From assembly GCA_043802295.1 (NCBI GenBank), contig JAZDLF010000002.1:1-35133 (forward strand): a stretch of 35,133 nt of DNA, given 5' to 3'. This DNA comes from Candidatus Woesearchaeota archaeon (lineage in GTDB: Archaea > Nanobdellota > Nanobdellia > SCGC-AAA011-G17 > JAPLZO01). Both the position numbers and the translations under genes were made by a program. Each line of letters opens with the position of its first letter. The first letter of the stretch is position 1. The notes beneath the pieces were generated by a model. The model made no database searches. It was given only the letters and a program-made list of their open reading frames with translations, and was not told the DNA's origin. This document shows, in pieces, positions 16,765 through 25,339 of the stretch.

Positions 16765-18030
16765 ATCAACAGCTCTTTTTATTTCAAAAAAACAAGGAAT
16801 ATTATTTTCTTCTAAAATTTCTTTAGCTTCTTGTATAGCATCATAACCCATAAAACATGTTACAACAGTCTTTCTAGATTCATTTTTAAATCTTAAGATT
16901 TCTTTAGCTATTTCTTTAACATCAGTCATTTTTTGAGGGGTTACAATAACTAAAACAGAATCATAAAAATTTTTATCTTTTAAAAAATCAAATATCTTTT
17001 TAAATTTATCAGATTTAGCATCTCCAATTAAGTCTATTGGATTTCTTTTGTTCCATAAAAAATCAAATTTAACTTTTGGCAAATCAACTAAATCTAAATT
17101 TTTTTCAGAGCAATAATCAGTAGCTAAACTAGCAGGTCCACCAGCATTACTTATTATAACGACTCTTTTTCCTTTAATATCTTGATTAATATAAAATTTA
17201 GCTAAATCAAAAGCATTTGTAATATCATTAGCCAAAATAACATTACTTTGTTTAAAAGCAGCCTTATAAATTTCATATTCTCCTGCTAAAGATCCTGTAT
17301 GACTTAGAGTTGCTTCTTTACCTTTTTCAGAAATTCCTGATTTTACAGCAATTATTCTTTTATTACTATTTTTGCAAGATTCCATAAATTTTTTACCATT
17401 TTTTAAAGTTTCAATATACAAAACAATAACTTTCGTATTAACATCATCATTAAAATATTCAATAAAATCACTAAATTCCAAATCAGCCATGTTTCCTAAA
17501 CTAACAAATCCACTAAATCCAAAATTCTCTTTTAAACTATAATCAGCTATTCCACTCCATATAGCACCACTTTGACTTATAAAAGCAACACTACCTTTGT
17601 AAGGAGTTGATTTTGCAAATGTTGTATCTAAATTCAAATAAGGATTAACAACACCAAAACAATTTGGTCCTAATATTCTAATTTTGTATTTTTTTGCTAT
17701 ATTCAATAATTTATCTTCATCTTTTTTATTTCCTATTTCAGAAAAACCTGCACTAATTATTATAACATCTTTTATTTTTTTCTTGCCACATTCTTCTAAA
17801 ACTTTAGCAACATTCTTAGCTGGTATTGCAATTATTGCTAAATCAATGTTTTCTTTTATCTCTTTAACATTTTTATAACATTTAAAACCTAAAATTTCAG
17901 TTTCATCTAAGTTTATTGGAAAAACTTTCCCATTAAATTTTTTTAAATTTTCAATTAAAGAAAAACCAACTTTATCTCTATTATTACTTGCTCCTATTAC
18001 AGCTATTGAACTTGGATTTAAAATTTTCAT
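16756..18030 (-). CDS. acdA: ADP-forming acetyl-CoA synthetase (ACD/NDP-forming acyl-CoA synthetase), alpha subunit
   Basis: N-terminal CoA-binding Rossmann fold (SIAVIGASNNRDKVGF) and a phosphohistidine loop (TLSHTGSLAG). ATGA overlap with the upstream permease gene. Confidence 0.8.
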   Translation of the reverse strand: MKILNPSSIAVIGASNNRDKVGFSLIENLKKFNGKVFPINLDETEILGFKCYKNVKEIKENIDLAIIAIPAKNVAKVLEECGKKKIKDVIIISAGFSEIGNKKDEDKLLNIAKKYKIRILGPNCFGVVNPYLNLDTTFAKSTPYKGSVAFISQSGAIWSGIADYSLKENFGFSGFVSLGNMADLEFSDFIEYFNDDVNTKVIVLYIETLKNGKKFMESCKNSNKRIIAVKSGISEKGKEATLSHTGSLAGEYEIYKAAFKQSNVILANDITNAFDLAKFYINQDIKGKRVVIISNAGGPASLATDYCSEKNLDLVDLPKVKFDFLWNKRNPIDLIGDAKSDKFKKIFDFLKDKNFYDSVLVIVTPQKMTDVKEIAKEILRFKNESRKTVVTCFMGYDAIQEAKEILEENNIPCFFEIKRAVDLL

Positions 18031-19145
18031 TTTATAAACTGATAAACTATTCCAAATAAAAACATGCTTATCAACAATAAACTAAGTATCAAATGTCCTT
18101 TTATATTATATTCTGGTTTTCTATCACCCATTTTTTTAGCTCTATGAAACATTATAACTATTAAAGTACCTTCTATACCAAAAGTTATTGCTCCTGTAAA
18201 ACTTATAATCTTAATGAAATCAGCCATTCCACTTATACCAATCAAAAATGGAATTAAACATACCATCCAAAATGAATATCCTTTACTAATCTTATAATCA
18301 TATTGAAAAACCCATTTTAAACCTAAAGATAAAACTAAAAACGAAGAACCCATAGCAAAAACAGCAAAAAAATTACTAAGTATAATCATATATTGACCTA
18401 TAACTTCCCCCAATCCTAGAGTCCCAATCTCAGTTGTAGTAATTCCAGTAACACCAACAACAGCAATCGCAAATAATAAATATATTGCTAATGGTATGCA
18501 TGTACCAATTACAATTGCTTTTTTTAATTTTTTTCTATCTTTTATTAAAATTTCTTTTATTTCTGGGATTGCAGTAGTACCAATAAATGCAAATAATATA
18601 ACCCCATATGGCACTAATAATTTAGAAACATCAAATGCTGTGAAGTTTATAGATTTAATATTAAAGAATGATATCACACATATACTTAGAATTAATAAAA
18701 TTATAAAGAAATCAAAAAATATCTCACTTTTTTCAACAGCTCTTAAATCCATATAAACTAGTATACTTATTAAACCAAAAAATATGATACTATACAATAA
18801 TGCACTACCACCAAAAATAGCTTGCAAAGCTAAACCTTCACCAATAGTATAAGCACTTAATGCTCCATAAATTCCTAATATCATTGCTAGAGTCATTATT
18901 AATTTACCATATTTTCCTAAATATTTACTAGCATATCCCGTTAATTCATGTCTACCATTAGTCCTTAAAGAAATTTCACCAACATATAAATGTAAAATAA
19001 GTAAAATAATTCCTATAAATACAATATCAAAAATACCTGTCCAAAAACCAGCTTTTGCAATAACATATGGTATTCCTAAGATACCAGCTCCAATAATTCC
19101 GCCTACTAAAGTAGCAATCGCTTCATAGAACTTATAATCACCCAT
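18027..19145 (-). CDS. Amino-acid permease (about 11-12 TM)
   Basis: I place the start at ATG 19145 (MGDYKFYEAIATLVGGIIGAGILGIPYV...). The longer track ORF starts at a TTG and runs across the tRNA gene. The GAGILGIP motif resembles aromatic/neutral amino-acid permease families. Confidence 0.7.
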   Translation of the reverse strand: MGDYKFYEAIATLVGGIIGAGILGIPYVIAKAGFWTGIFDIVFIGIILLILHLYVGEISLRTNGRHELTGYASKYLGKYGKLIMTLAMILGIYGALSAYTIGEGLALQAIFGGSALLYSIIFFGLISILVYMDLRAVEKSEIFFDFFIILLILSICVISFFNIKSINFTAFDVSKLLVPYGVILFAFIGTTAIPEIKEILIKDRKKLKKAIVIGTCIPLAIYLLFAIAVVGVTGITTTEIGTLGLGEVIGQYMIILSNFFAVFAMGSSFLVLSLGLKWVFQYDYKISKGYSFWMVCLIPFLIGISGMADFIKIISFTGAITFGIEGTLIVIMFHRAKKMGDRKPEYNIKGHLILSLLLISMFLFGIVYQFIK

Positions 19146-19164
19146 TTTTATTAAAAGTAACAAA

Positions 19165-19177
19165 GGATATATAAATA
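19165..19177 (+). promoter_or_regulatory. TATA box of the tRNA gene
   Basis: GGATATATAAATA ends about 23 nt upstream of tRNA position 1 (19200). Confidence 0.5.
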
Positions 19178-19199
19178 CATTTTGTTTTATTTTCTTAAA

Positions 19200-19288
19200 G
19201 GGCCTGTAGCATAACCCGGACAGTGCGGTCGGCTTCAAAGAAATTAGCTAAGGACCGATTGATTCAGGTTCAAATCCTGGCAGGCCCA
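19200..19288 (+). tRNA. tRNA-Arg(UCG) with a 15-nt intron (19237-19251); CCA not encoded
   Basis: Hand-folded cloverleaf. Acceptor stem GGGCCTG/CAGGCCC with discriminator A73. D stem GCAT/GTGC with A14, G18, G19 and A20. Anticodon stem GTCGG/CCGAT. 4-nt variable loop. T arm TCAGG-TTCAAAT-CCTGG. A strict bulge-helix-bulge (BHB) motif sets the splice sites and gives the loop CUUCGGA. C35, A20 and G37 all fit Arg. Confidence 0.85.
19237..19251 (+). other. tRNA intron (AAAGAAATTAGCTAA) at the non-canonical position 35/36
   Basis: BHB components: outer helix 19226-19230/19253-19257 (5 bp); 3' bulge AAG (19250-19252); central helix GGCT/AGCT (19231-19234/19246-19249, 4 bp including one G-T); 5' bulge TCA (19235-19237); inner AA/TT stem closed by a GAAA tetraloop (19238-19245). 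Cleavage after the second nucleotide of each bulge. Confidence 0.7.
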
Positions 19289-19330
19289 TATTTAGAAATA
19301 TTTAAATAAATAAAGATAAAGTGTTTAGTT

Positions 19331-20773
19331 ATGGACAACAAAGATACAAAAGGTATTAGTATAAAGAAAAATGAAAACTTTTCTGATTGGTACACAGAAT
19401 TAATTCAAAAAGCAGAATTAGGTGATTACACTGATGTTTCTGGTTGCATTGTATTTAGACCAAGAGCTTATTCTATATGGGAAAAAATTATGGAAGAGGT
19501 TAATAAAAGAATAAAAAAATTAGGTGTTAAAAATGCTTATTTTCCGTTATTTATTCCAGAAAAATATTTAACAAAAGAATCCAATCATATTAAAGGCTTT
19601 AGCCCAGAAGTTGCATGGGTAACTCAAGCAGGTGATACTATCTTAAAAGAAAAACTTGCTATAAGGCCTACATCAGAAACAATAATGTATCCTTCCTTTT
19701 CAAAATGGATTCGTAGTTATAGAGATTTACCTTTAAAAATTAATCAATGGTCAAATGTTGTAAGATGGGAATTTAAGCATCCAGTTCCATTTTTTAGAAC
19801 CCGAGAATTTTTATTTAATGAAGGTCATACTGTTTTTGCAACTAAAAAAGAAGCAGAAGAAGAAGGACCAAAAATAATTGCTATGTATAAAGAAATATTA
19901 GAAGAATATATGGCAATACCTAGTTTCTTTGGTAAAAAAACTGAAAAAGAAAAATTTGCAGGAGCAGAATATACATTAACATTAGAAACTTATTTACCAA
20001 ATGGTCGTGCAATACAAGGTCCTGACTTTCATCATGATGGTCAAATTTTCTCTAAAGCTTTTGATATTAAATTTTTAGATGAAAATGGAAAAGAACAATA
20101 TGCCTATCAAAATACATGGGCTATCTCAACAAGAATGCTAGGTGTTATGTTTGCTTTGCATAGTGATAATAAAGGTTTAGTTTTACCACCAAAACTAGTA
20201 GATGAAAAAATCTGTATCGTTCCTATAATATTTGAAGATTCAAAGAAAAAAGTTTTAGCACAAGCACAAAAAATTAAAAGTATGTTAAATGGTTATGGAG
20301 CTTTTATTGATGATAGAGAAGATTATAGCCCGGGATGGAAATTTAGTGAAATTGAATTAAAAGGTACTCCTATAAGAATTGAGATAGGCCCAAAAGACCT
20401 AGTTAAAAAACAAGTAATTGTTGTAAAAAGGAATACTCTACAAAAAAAAGCAGTTAAAATTTCTCAATTAAAAAAAATCATTCCAAAATTATTAGATGAA
20501 ATACAAAGTGAATTATTCAAAACTGCTGAAAATTTAATGAAAAATAATATAGTTGATGCAAATAATTTCAAAGATATTTTAAAATTATTAGAGAACAAAA
20601 AAATTGTTTTGGCTCCAATATGCTCAAATGTAGATTGTGAAGACAATCTAAAAGAAAAAACAGGAGCTAAAGTTTTGAATATACCTTTAAAGCAACCTAA
20701 TCTTAAAGGAAAAAAATGTATTATTTGCAATAAAGATGCAAACTATGTTGCTTATATAGGTAAATCATATTAA
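19331..20773 (+). CDS. proS: Prolyl-tRNA synthetase, archaeal/eukaryotic type
   Basis: Class II core (RPTSET, FRTREFLFNEGHT, QNTWAISTRMLG) and a C-terminal Cys-rich domain ending in the conserved terminal Tyr (...YIGKSY). A TATA-like ATATTTAAATA lies 23 nt upstream. Confidence 0.9.
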   Translation: MDNKDTKGISIKKNENFSDWYTELIQKAELGDYTDVSGCIVFRPRAYSIWEKIMEEVNKRIKKLGVKNAYFPLFIPEKYLTKESNHIKGFSPEVAWVTQAGDTILKEKLAIRPTSETIMYPSFSKWIRSYRDLPLKINQWSNVVRWEFKHPVPFFRTREFLFNEGHTVFATKKEAEEEGPKIIAMYKEILEEYMAIPSFFGKKTEKEKFAGAEYTLTLETYLPNGRAIQGPDFHHDGQIFSKAFDIKFLDENGKEQYAYQNTWAISTRMLGVMFALHSDNKGLVLPPKLVDEKICIVPIIFEDSKKKVLAQAQKIKSMLNGYGAFIDDREDYSPGWKFSEIELKGTPIRIEIGPKDLVKKQVIVVKRNTLQKKAVKISQLKKIIPKLLDEIQSELFKTAENLMKNNIVDANNFKDILKLLENKKIVLAPICSNVDCEDNLKEKTGAKVLNIPLKQPNLKGKKCIICNKDANYVAYIGKSY

Positions 20774-22597
20774 ACTTAAAATTTTTTTATACCAAGGCAA
20801 GCCTAAGACTTTAATTTTAATTTCTTGTTTTTTATTATATGCTTTACCAGTTTCATCTTTATATGAAATATCAAAAATAATGCTATTAACTAATTCCTTA
20901 CCTTTTGTATTTAAGTGAATTTCTTGACTACCATCTAAGTAATCTAATTCAATGTTATCAATTTTACTATTTAATTTAATATCACTAATATAACTATCTG
21001 AATTTAAGATCATATACAAATCAACTTTATCTTTATAATTTATAATGCTTGGAGTTATATTAGATATATAAACCTCTGGAGTTTTGATAATTTTAACATT
21101 TAAATTGTAATTTTTTATCATTTTACTATTTTCAGCACTTATTTTTATAGGCTTATTATTTAATGGTGTAACATTGAAATTAACATATTCTTGTTGAGAA
21201 ATTCCTAAATCTATTTTTTTACAATCATTTTCTAGACAAACTCTAATGTCTTCTTGTTCTACATTACCTTCATTTTTAATACTACAATTAACAAAAGCAG
21301 TCTCATTCAAATAATATATTTTTTTATCACTTTCACAGTTTAGATTTAAATTAGTGAAAGTTATTTTAGAGTCTCTTTCACTAAATATATCAACAAAATT
21401 TTGTGCTTCTTCTAAATTATACATTTTATATTTCTTTGAATATTTTACTTCAGATTTTGCTTCATCGCCATATATACTTTTAACTTCTAAAACAGCATCA
21501 TAAATATAATCTTTATCCAAATTTTCTGGAATCTGTATAATCCAATATATTTGTTTAATTTCATTAGGTTTTAATAAAACTGTCTTAGAATTTTTTCCTA
21601 TCATGCCAGGGGCCTTTGTTAAAAATAAATTTAAACTTACATAATAATCTTTTAGATTTTCAATTGTAACCCTTAATGGAACATAACTTCCAAATCCAAC
21701 TTCTTTTTCAATAGGATCTATTTTCAAAGAAAATAATTTTTCAACTTGTTCTCCAGTTTGAATTATATTAGTACTAATCTTTAGTTTTTTAGCCTCAACT
21801 TGTAATCCATTAGATCTCCAACTATATTCAGCAGATGCTTCTCCTGAATCTTTAGAATCTTTTAATTTTATATGGGTAGCATCCAACCATCCATATTGAC
21901 CAAATGTAACATCAAAAGGCACCCATCCATAATTTGGAAAATAAACTTCAGCCCATCCATGATTTCCAAAACTATTATCTATATTAGAATAAACAACTCC
22001 AGAAACAAATCTGGCTGGTATGTTAACAGATCTGCACATTGAAATAAACAAATTTGTTATTTCATCACAAACGCCTTTCCTATTTCTCATAACCCAACTA
22101 CTTTCTTGAACAGCTTCTGCTGTTAATGTATTTAGATCATATTTTACATTTTCTCTTACCCATTCAGCTAATTTAAAAACAGCTTTAAATTCATCTGTTT
22201 CTCCTCTTGTTAATTCATTAGTTTTATCAGTTATTTCTTGATTCATATCTATAAATTTAGTTTCTTTTACATAATCATTATATTCATTACCTAAAACCGG
22301 AAAGTCAACTTTATATCCTATTTTTTTAAATGTATTATAACTTTTTATATTAGAATCCAAACTAAATTTTAATATTTTTTCACTAGGATCATTCCATTGA
22401 TATAACAATATTCCATCTTTAGTTATAATAGAATCAGGGTCAGATGTTGTTCTAAAATCTAATATTTTTTGTCTATAATCTTCCTTAGGAAATAAATAAA
22501 TACCAGCTTTAACATAACTTGTCTTAGGATTTGTAATAGTATACTTTAAATCTAGTTCTGAAGATAATTTAAATTTTAAATCAATATCTTTATACAA
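20765..22597 (-). CDS. Transglutaminase-like cysteine protease-fold protein with C-terminal beta-rich (CARDB/Ig-like) domains
   Basis: Transglutaminase core KGVCDEITNLFISMCRSVNIPARFVSG ... GNHGWAEVYFPNYGWVPFDVT (Cys-His-Asp). The track start is a TTG. An in-frame signal-peptide-like extension runs up to 22666 (see findings). Confidence 0.75.
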   Translation of the reverse strand: MYKDIDLKFKLSSELDLKYTITNPKTSYVKAGIYLFPKEDYRQKILDFRTTSDPDSIITKDGILLYQWNDPSEKILKFSLDSNIKSYNTFKKIGYKVDFPVLGNEYNDYVKETKFIDMNQEITDKTNELTRGETDEFKAVFKLAEWVRENVKYDLNTLTAEAVQESSWVMRNRKGVCDEITNLFISMCRSVNIPARFVSGVVYSNIDNSFGNHGWAEVYFPNYGWVPFDVTFGQYGWLDATHIKLKDSKDSGEASAEYSWRSNGLQVEAKKLKISTNIIQTGEQVEKLFSLKIDPIEKEVGFGSYVPLRVTIENLKDYYVSLNLFLTKAPGMIGKNSKTVLLKPNEIKQIYWIIQIPENLDKDYIYDAVLEVKSIYGDEAKSEVKYSKKYKMYNLEEAQNFVDIFSERDSKITFTNLNLNCESDKKIYYLNETAFVNCSIKNEGNVEQEDIRVCLENDCKKIDLGISQQEYVNFNVTPLNNKPIKISAENSKMIKNYNLNVKIIKTPEVYISNITPSIINYKDKVDLYMILNSDSYISDIKLNSKIDNIELDYLDGSQEIHLNTKGKELVNSIIFDISYKDETGKAYNKKQEIKIKVLGLPWYKKILSLI

Positions 22598-22653
22598 AAA
22601 ATATTCTTGATCAGCTACAACAATAGGAATTATGATAAGAAATATTAAAATAA

Positions 22654-23637
22654 TTAATTTCTTGATTTCTCCATCACCTCTAAATATTGATATAATTTTA
22701 CTCTTATTTGTTCCTTTAAATTATTATCTAATTTAAGTTCATCTATTTGTTTATCCCAATCTACATCTGGAATTTTTGTTAATGTACTTGTAAATACTCT
22801 ATTAGCTTCTTTAATCTTTCCTTCTATTATTTTCGCTTCACTAGAATTAAACATTTTAGTAGCAGGAAATTTTGTGATAGCATTTGCTCCAGCTTTTAGA
22901 ACTAAGTCAACTTCATTAACTCTTGTTGGAGAAGTACCAGCTATTATCTCTAATTTAGGAAATCTTATTCTTGTATTAGCAATCCAATACAAATAATCTT
23001 CAGTACTAGGTCCTTTAGTGTAAATTGTTTCAGCAATAGGTCTTAAAGCATAAAATGTTATTCTATCTAGTTTATTTTTGGCAATAAAATCATGTAATAA
23101 ACTAATGTCCTCTCTTTTTTCACCTAAACCTATAACAATAGTTATACTTTTCTTCAAATTTTTAGTATTTTGTAACATTTTAACATAAGGCTCAATTGGT
23201 TTGTTTGGGCAAACTTCATTATGCAATTCTTCATTCACAGTTTCGATAGAAGCAACAATACCTTTTATGTAGGGTCTAAATTTTTCTATATCTTCTTCTT
23301 CAAGAACTCCCAAATTTAACCATATCTTTTCTCCATAAACTTCACTAACTAGTTTAGTAATATTAACTAAATCATCTATAGGAAAAATTCTGTAACCTCC
23401 TGTCAAAAACTCAATTCTCCATCCTAGATTTTTACATATTAAAGCTTCTGTTAATACAGAAGACAAACTTCTTCTAGCATGTTCTGCGTATTTTATTCTA
23501 CTTTTTTGAGTACTTCTAAAACAAAATTTACAAGTCCCTACATCACAATACCAACTAAGAAAGATACATCTACCAAACCAAATTTCTGGTTTAAAATTAT
23601 CCAAATAAACATTATTAGCTTTTTCTATTATATCCAT
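22654..23637 (-). CDS. Radical-SAM-like TIM-barrel enzyme (BioB/ThiH/HydE-like) with an unusual Cys motif
   Basis: Cys cluster WYCDVGTCKFCF has CX4CX2C spacing. Also FLTGG and a BioB-like IVIGLGEKRED element. The specific function cannot be assigned from sequence. Confidence 0.55.
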   Translation of the reverse strand: MDIIEKANNVYLDNFKPEIWFGRCIFLSWYCDVGTCKFCFRSTQKSRIKYAEHARRSLSSVLTEALICKNLGWRIEFLTGGYRIFPIDDLVNITKLVSEVYGEKIWLNLGVLEEEDIEKFRPYIKGIVASIETVNEELHNEVCPNKPIEPYVKMLQNTKNLKKSITIVIGLGEKREDISLLHDFIAKNKLDRITFYALRPIAETIYTKGPSTEDYLYWIANTRIRFPKLEIIAGTSPTRVNEVDLVLKAGANAITKFPATKMFNSSEAKIIEGKIKEANRVFTSTLTKIPDVDWDKQIDELKLDNNLKEQIRVKLYQYLEVMEKSRN

Positions 23638-23689
23638 GTTCTTATTCTAAAAAAATAAAATTTAAATAGTTTTACATTTTAGTATTATC

Positions 23690-24319
23690 ATGCAAAAGAT
23701 ACTATCAGAAAAAGAAGCTGAGGATTTCCTTGAAAAAAATTCATTTCCAATTGCAAAAAGAAAACTTGCTAAAACTATGAATGAGGTTATAAAATTTTCA
23801 AAAGAGTTTGGTTATCCTATAGCTTTAAAAATATCATCTAAACAAGTATTACATAAAACAGACGTCGGCGGAGTAAAATTAAATTTACAAGAAAAAGATA
23901 TTGAAGATGCATATAATGAACTTATGAAGATTAAAGTTAAAAAACAAGGAATTTTAGTACAAAAATATAGTGAAGGAAAACAGATAATAATAGGTCTTAA
24001 AAAAGACCCAACTTTTGGTCATGTCTTAGCATTTGGTTTAGGAGGTATATTTACAGAGATATTAAAAGATGTTTCATTTAGAATATGTCCGATAACAGAA
24101 CAAGATACTGAATCTATGATTCAAGAGATTAAATCTTATCCTATCTTAAAAGGCTATTGTGATACTCCTGCAAATATAAAATTGATTAAGCAAGTTCTAT
24201 TTAAAACATCTGAATTAACTAAAAAGTATCCAAAAATAAAAGAACTTGATATAAATCCTTTAATAGTAACTGAAAAACAAGCAACAATAGTAGATGCAAG
24301 AATTATTTTTGATTCTTAA
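23690..24319 (+). CDS. acdB: ADP-forming acetyl-CoA synthetase, beta subunit (ATP-grasp domain)
   Basis: 209 aa with LSEKEAEDFLEKNSFPIAKRKL...GYPIALKISSKQVLHKTDVGGVKLNL, typical of ACD beta / ATP-grasp_5. A TATA-like AAATTTAAATA lies 23 nt upstream. Confidence 0.75.
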   Translation: MQKILSEKEAEDFLEKNSFPIAKRKLAKTMNEVIKFSKEFGYPIALKISSKQVLHKTDVGGVKLNLQEKDIEDAYNELMKIKVKKQGILVQKYSEGKQIIIGLKKDPTFGHVLAFGLGGIFTEILKDVSFRICPITEQDTESMIQEIKSYPILKGYCDTPANIKLIKQVLFKTSELTKKYPKIKELDINPLIVTEKQATIVDARIIFDS

Positions 24320-25334
24320 TTTGTTCTTTAATTGAATCTATAAACTTAATAAAATCTTTTTTAGCAACATTTCCACCACAAGCATGTTCATGCCCACCAC
24401 CATAACCATCTATACCATATAAAGCTTTTTCAATTAACTTTGGTAATAAATGTGTTTGTGATCTTAAACTTAGTCTTACATTATCATCTTTTTCTCTAGC
24501 AACTATAACTAAAACATCTGGAAAATTGTATATTAACTCATTAGATAAAAAATTAGATAAACTATATTCTTTAGCAGAATAAGTAAATAATAAAACATTA
24601 TCTTTTATCTCAGTATTCATTGCTTTTTCTAAAAGAATTTTATAATGTTTATTAACTTGTTCAAATCTATCATAAATAAATTTTCCTCTATTAGTGGTCT
24701 TATTCAAAATTTCATAAGGGCTTTCAATTTCTTCTAAAAACTCTAAACATTTTCTAATATCTAAAGATTTACCCTTTAAAATAAAATTAAATATTTTGCA
24801 TAATTCTCCAACTTTACTTTTGAATAGAGCATTACCAGGATCTTTTATAAACACTGGTAACAAATCACCATATTTTTTAGAAAAATCTTTACTAAATTCT
24901 GGTAAATACCAATCTCCTATACATCCAACAGTAGCAATCCATAAATCTTTTTTAACTATTTTATAACACCAATAAGATACAGGTCTTCTATCATCAGGAT
25001 CTTTAATTCTAGGATTATAACACTTTATATTATCCAATTTTATTGGTGTATGATGATCTATCCATATTATATGAGCTTTTATATCATCTATAAATTCTTG
25101 AGTTACAACAGGTTTATCCAAAATAAATACATAATCAGGCCCGTAACTTTCAGCTTTTTTTGAATAGTTTACATATAAATTTCCTTTAACAAAAACACCT
25201 TCACCTTTACCAAAATGCCTTTTTAGTAATAAATAACTACATAACCCATCTTCATCATCATCAAAGAAAAATAAAGGTTTTCTTACCTTATCTAAAATTT
25301 TTTTAATATCACTTAATTCTTTATTAGAGATCAT
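24303..25334 (-). CDS. DHH-family phosphoesterase (RecJ/NrnA-like, DHH + DHHA1)
   Basis: DHH motif in IWIDHHTP, DHHA1 motif GGGHEHACGG, and an N-terminal FFFDDDEDG acidic motif. Confidence 0.8.
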   Translation of the reverse strand: MISNKELSDIKKILDKVRKPLFFFDDDEDGLCSYLLLKRHFGKGEGVFVKGNLYVNYSKKAESYGPDYVFILDKPVVTQEFIDDIKAHIIWIDHHTPIKLDNIKCYNPRIKDPDDRRPVSYWCYKIVKKDLWIATVGCIGDWYLPEFSKDFSKKYGDLLPVFIKDPGNALFKSKVGELCKIFNFILKGKSLDIRKCLEFLEEIESPYEILNKTTNRGKFIYDRFEQVNKHYKILLEKAMNTEIKDNVLLFTYSAKEYSLSNFLSNELIYNFPDVLVIVAREKDDNVRLSLRSQTHLLPKLIEKALYGIDGYGGGHEHACGGNVAKKDFIKFIDSIKEQIKNQK

Positions 25335-25339
25335 ATAAC

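Noticed and set aside
17684-17878. 64-aa plus-strand ORF
   Set aside because: It lies antisense within acdA.
18496-18756. 86-aa plus-strand ORF
   Set aside because: It lies antisense within the permease gene.
19146-19238. N-terminal extension of the permease ORF (track start 19238)
   Set aside because: The extension starts at a TTG and runs antisense through the tRNA gene and its promoter. The ATG at 19145 is followed immediately by the first TM segment.
19233-19254. tRNA anticodon UCA (an opal suppressor or UGA-decoding Trp-like tRNA) if the intron is placed at the canonical 37/38 position
   Set aside because: The canonical placement gives only a poor bulge-helix-bulge fold. A strict BHB motif places the splice sites at 19236/19237 and 19251/19252 and yields UCG with G37. 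A20 and C35 fit tRNA-Arg. The tRNA has no Sec-type long variable arm. TGA is used as a stop in at least eight ATGA overlaps.
20464-20730. 88-aa minus-strand ORF
   Set aside because: It lies antisense within the 3' part of proS, which is strongly supported.
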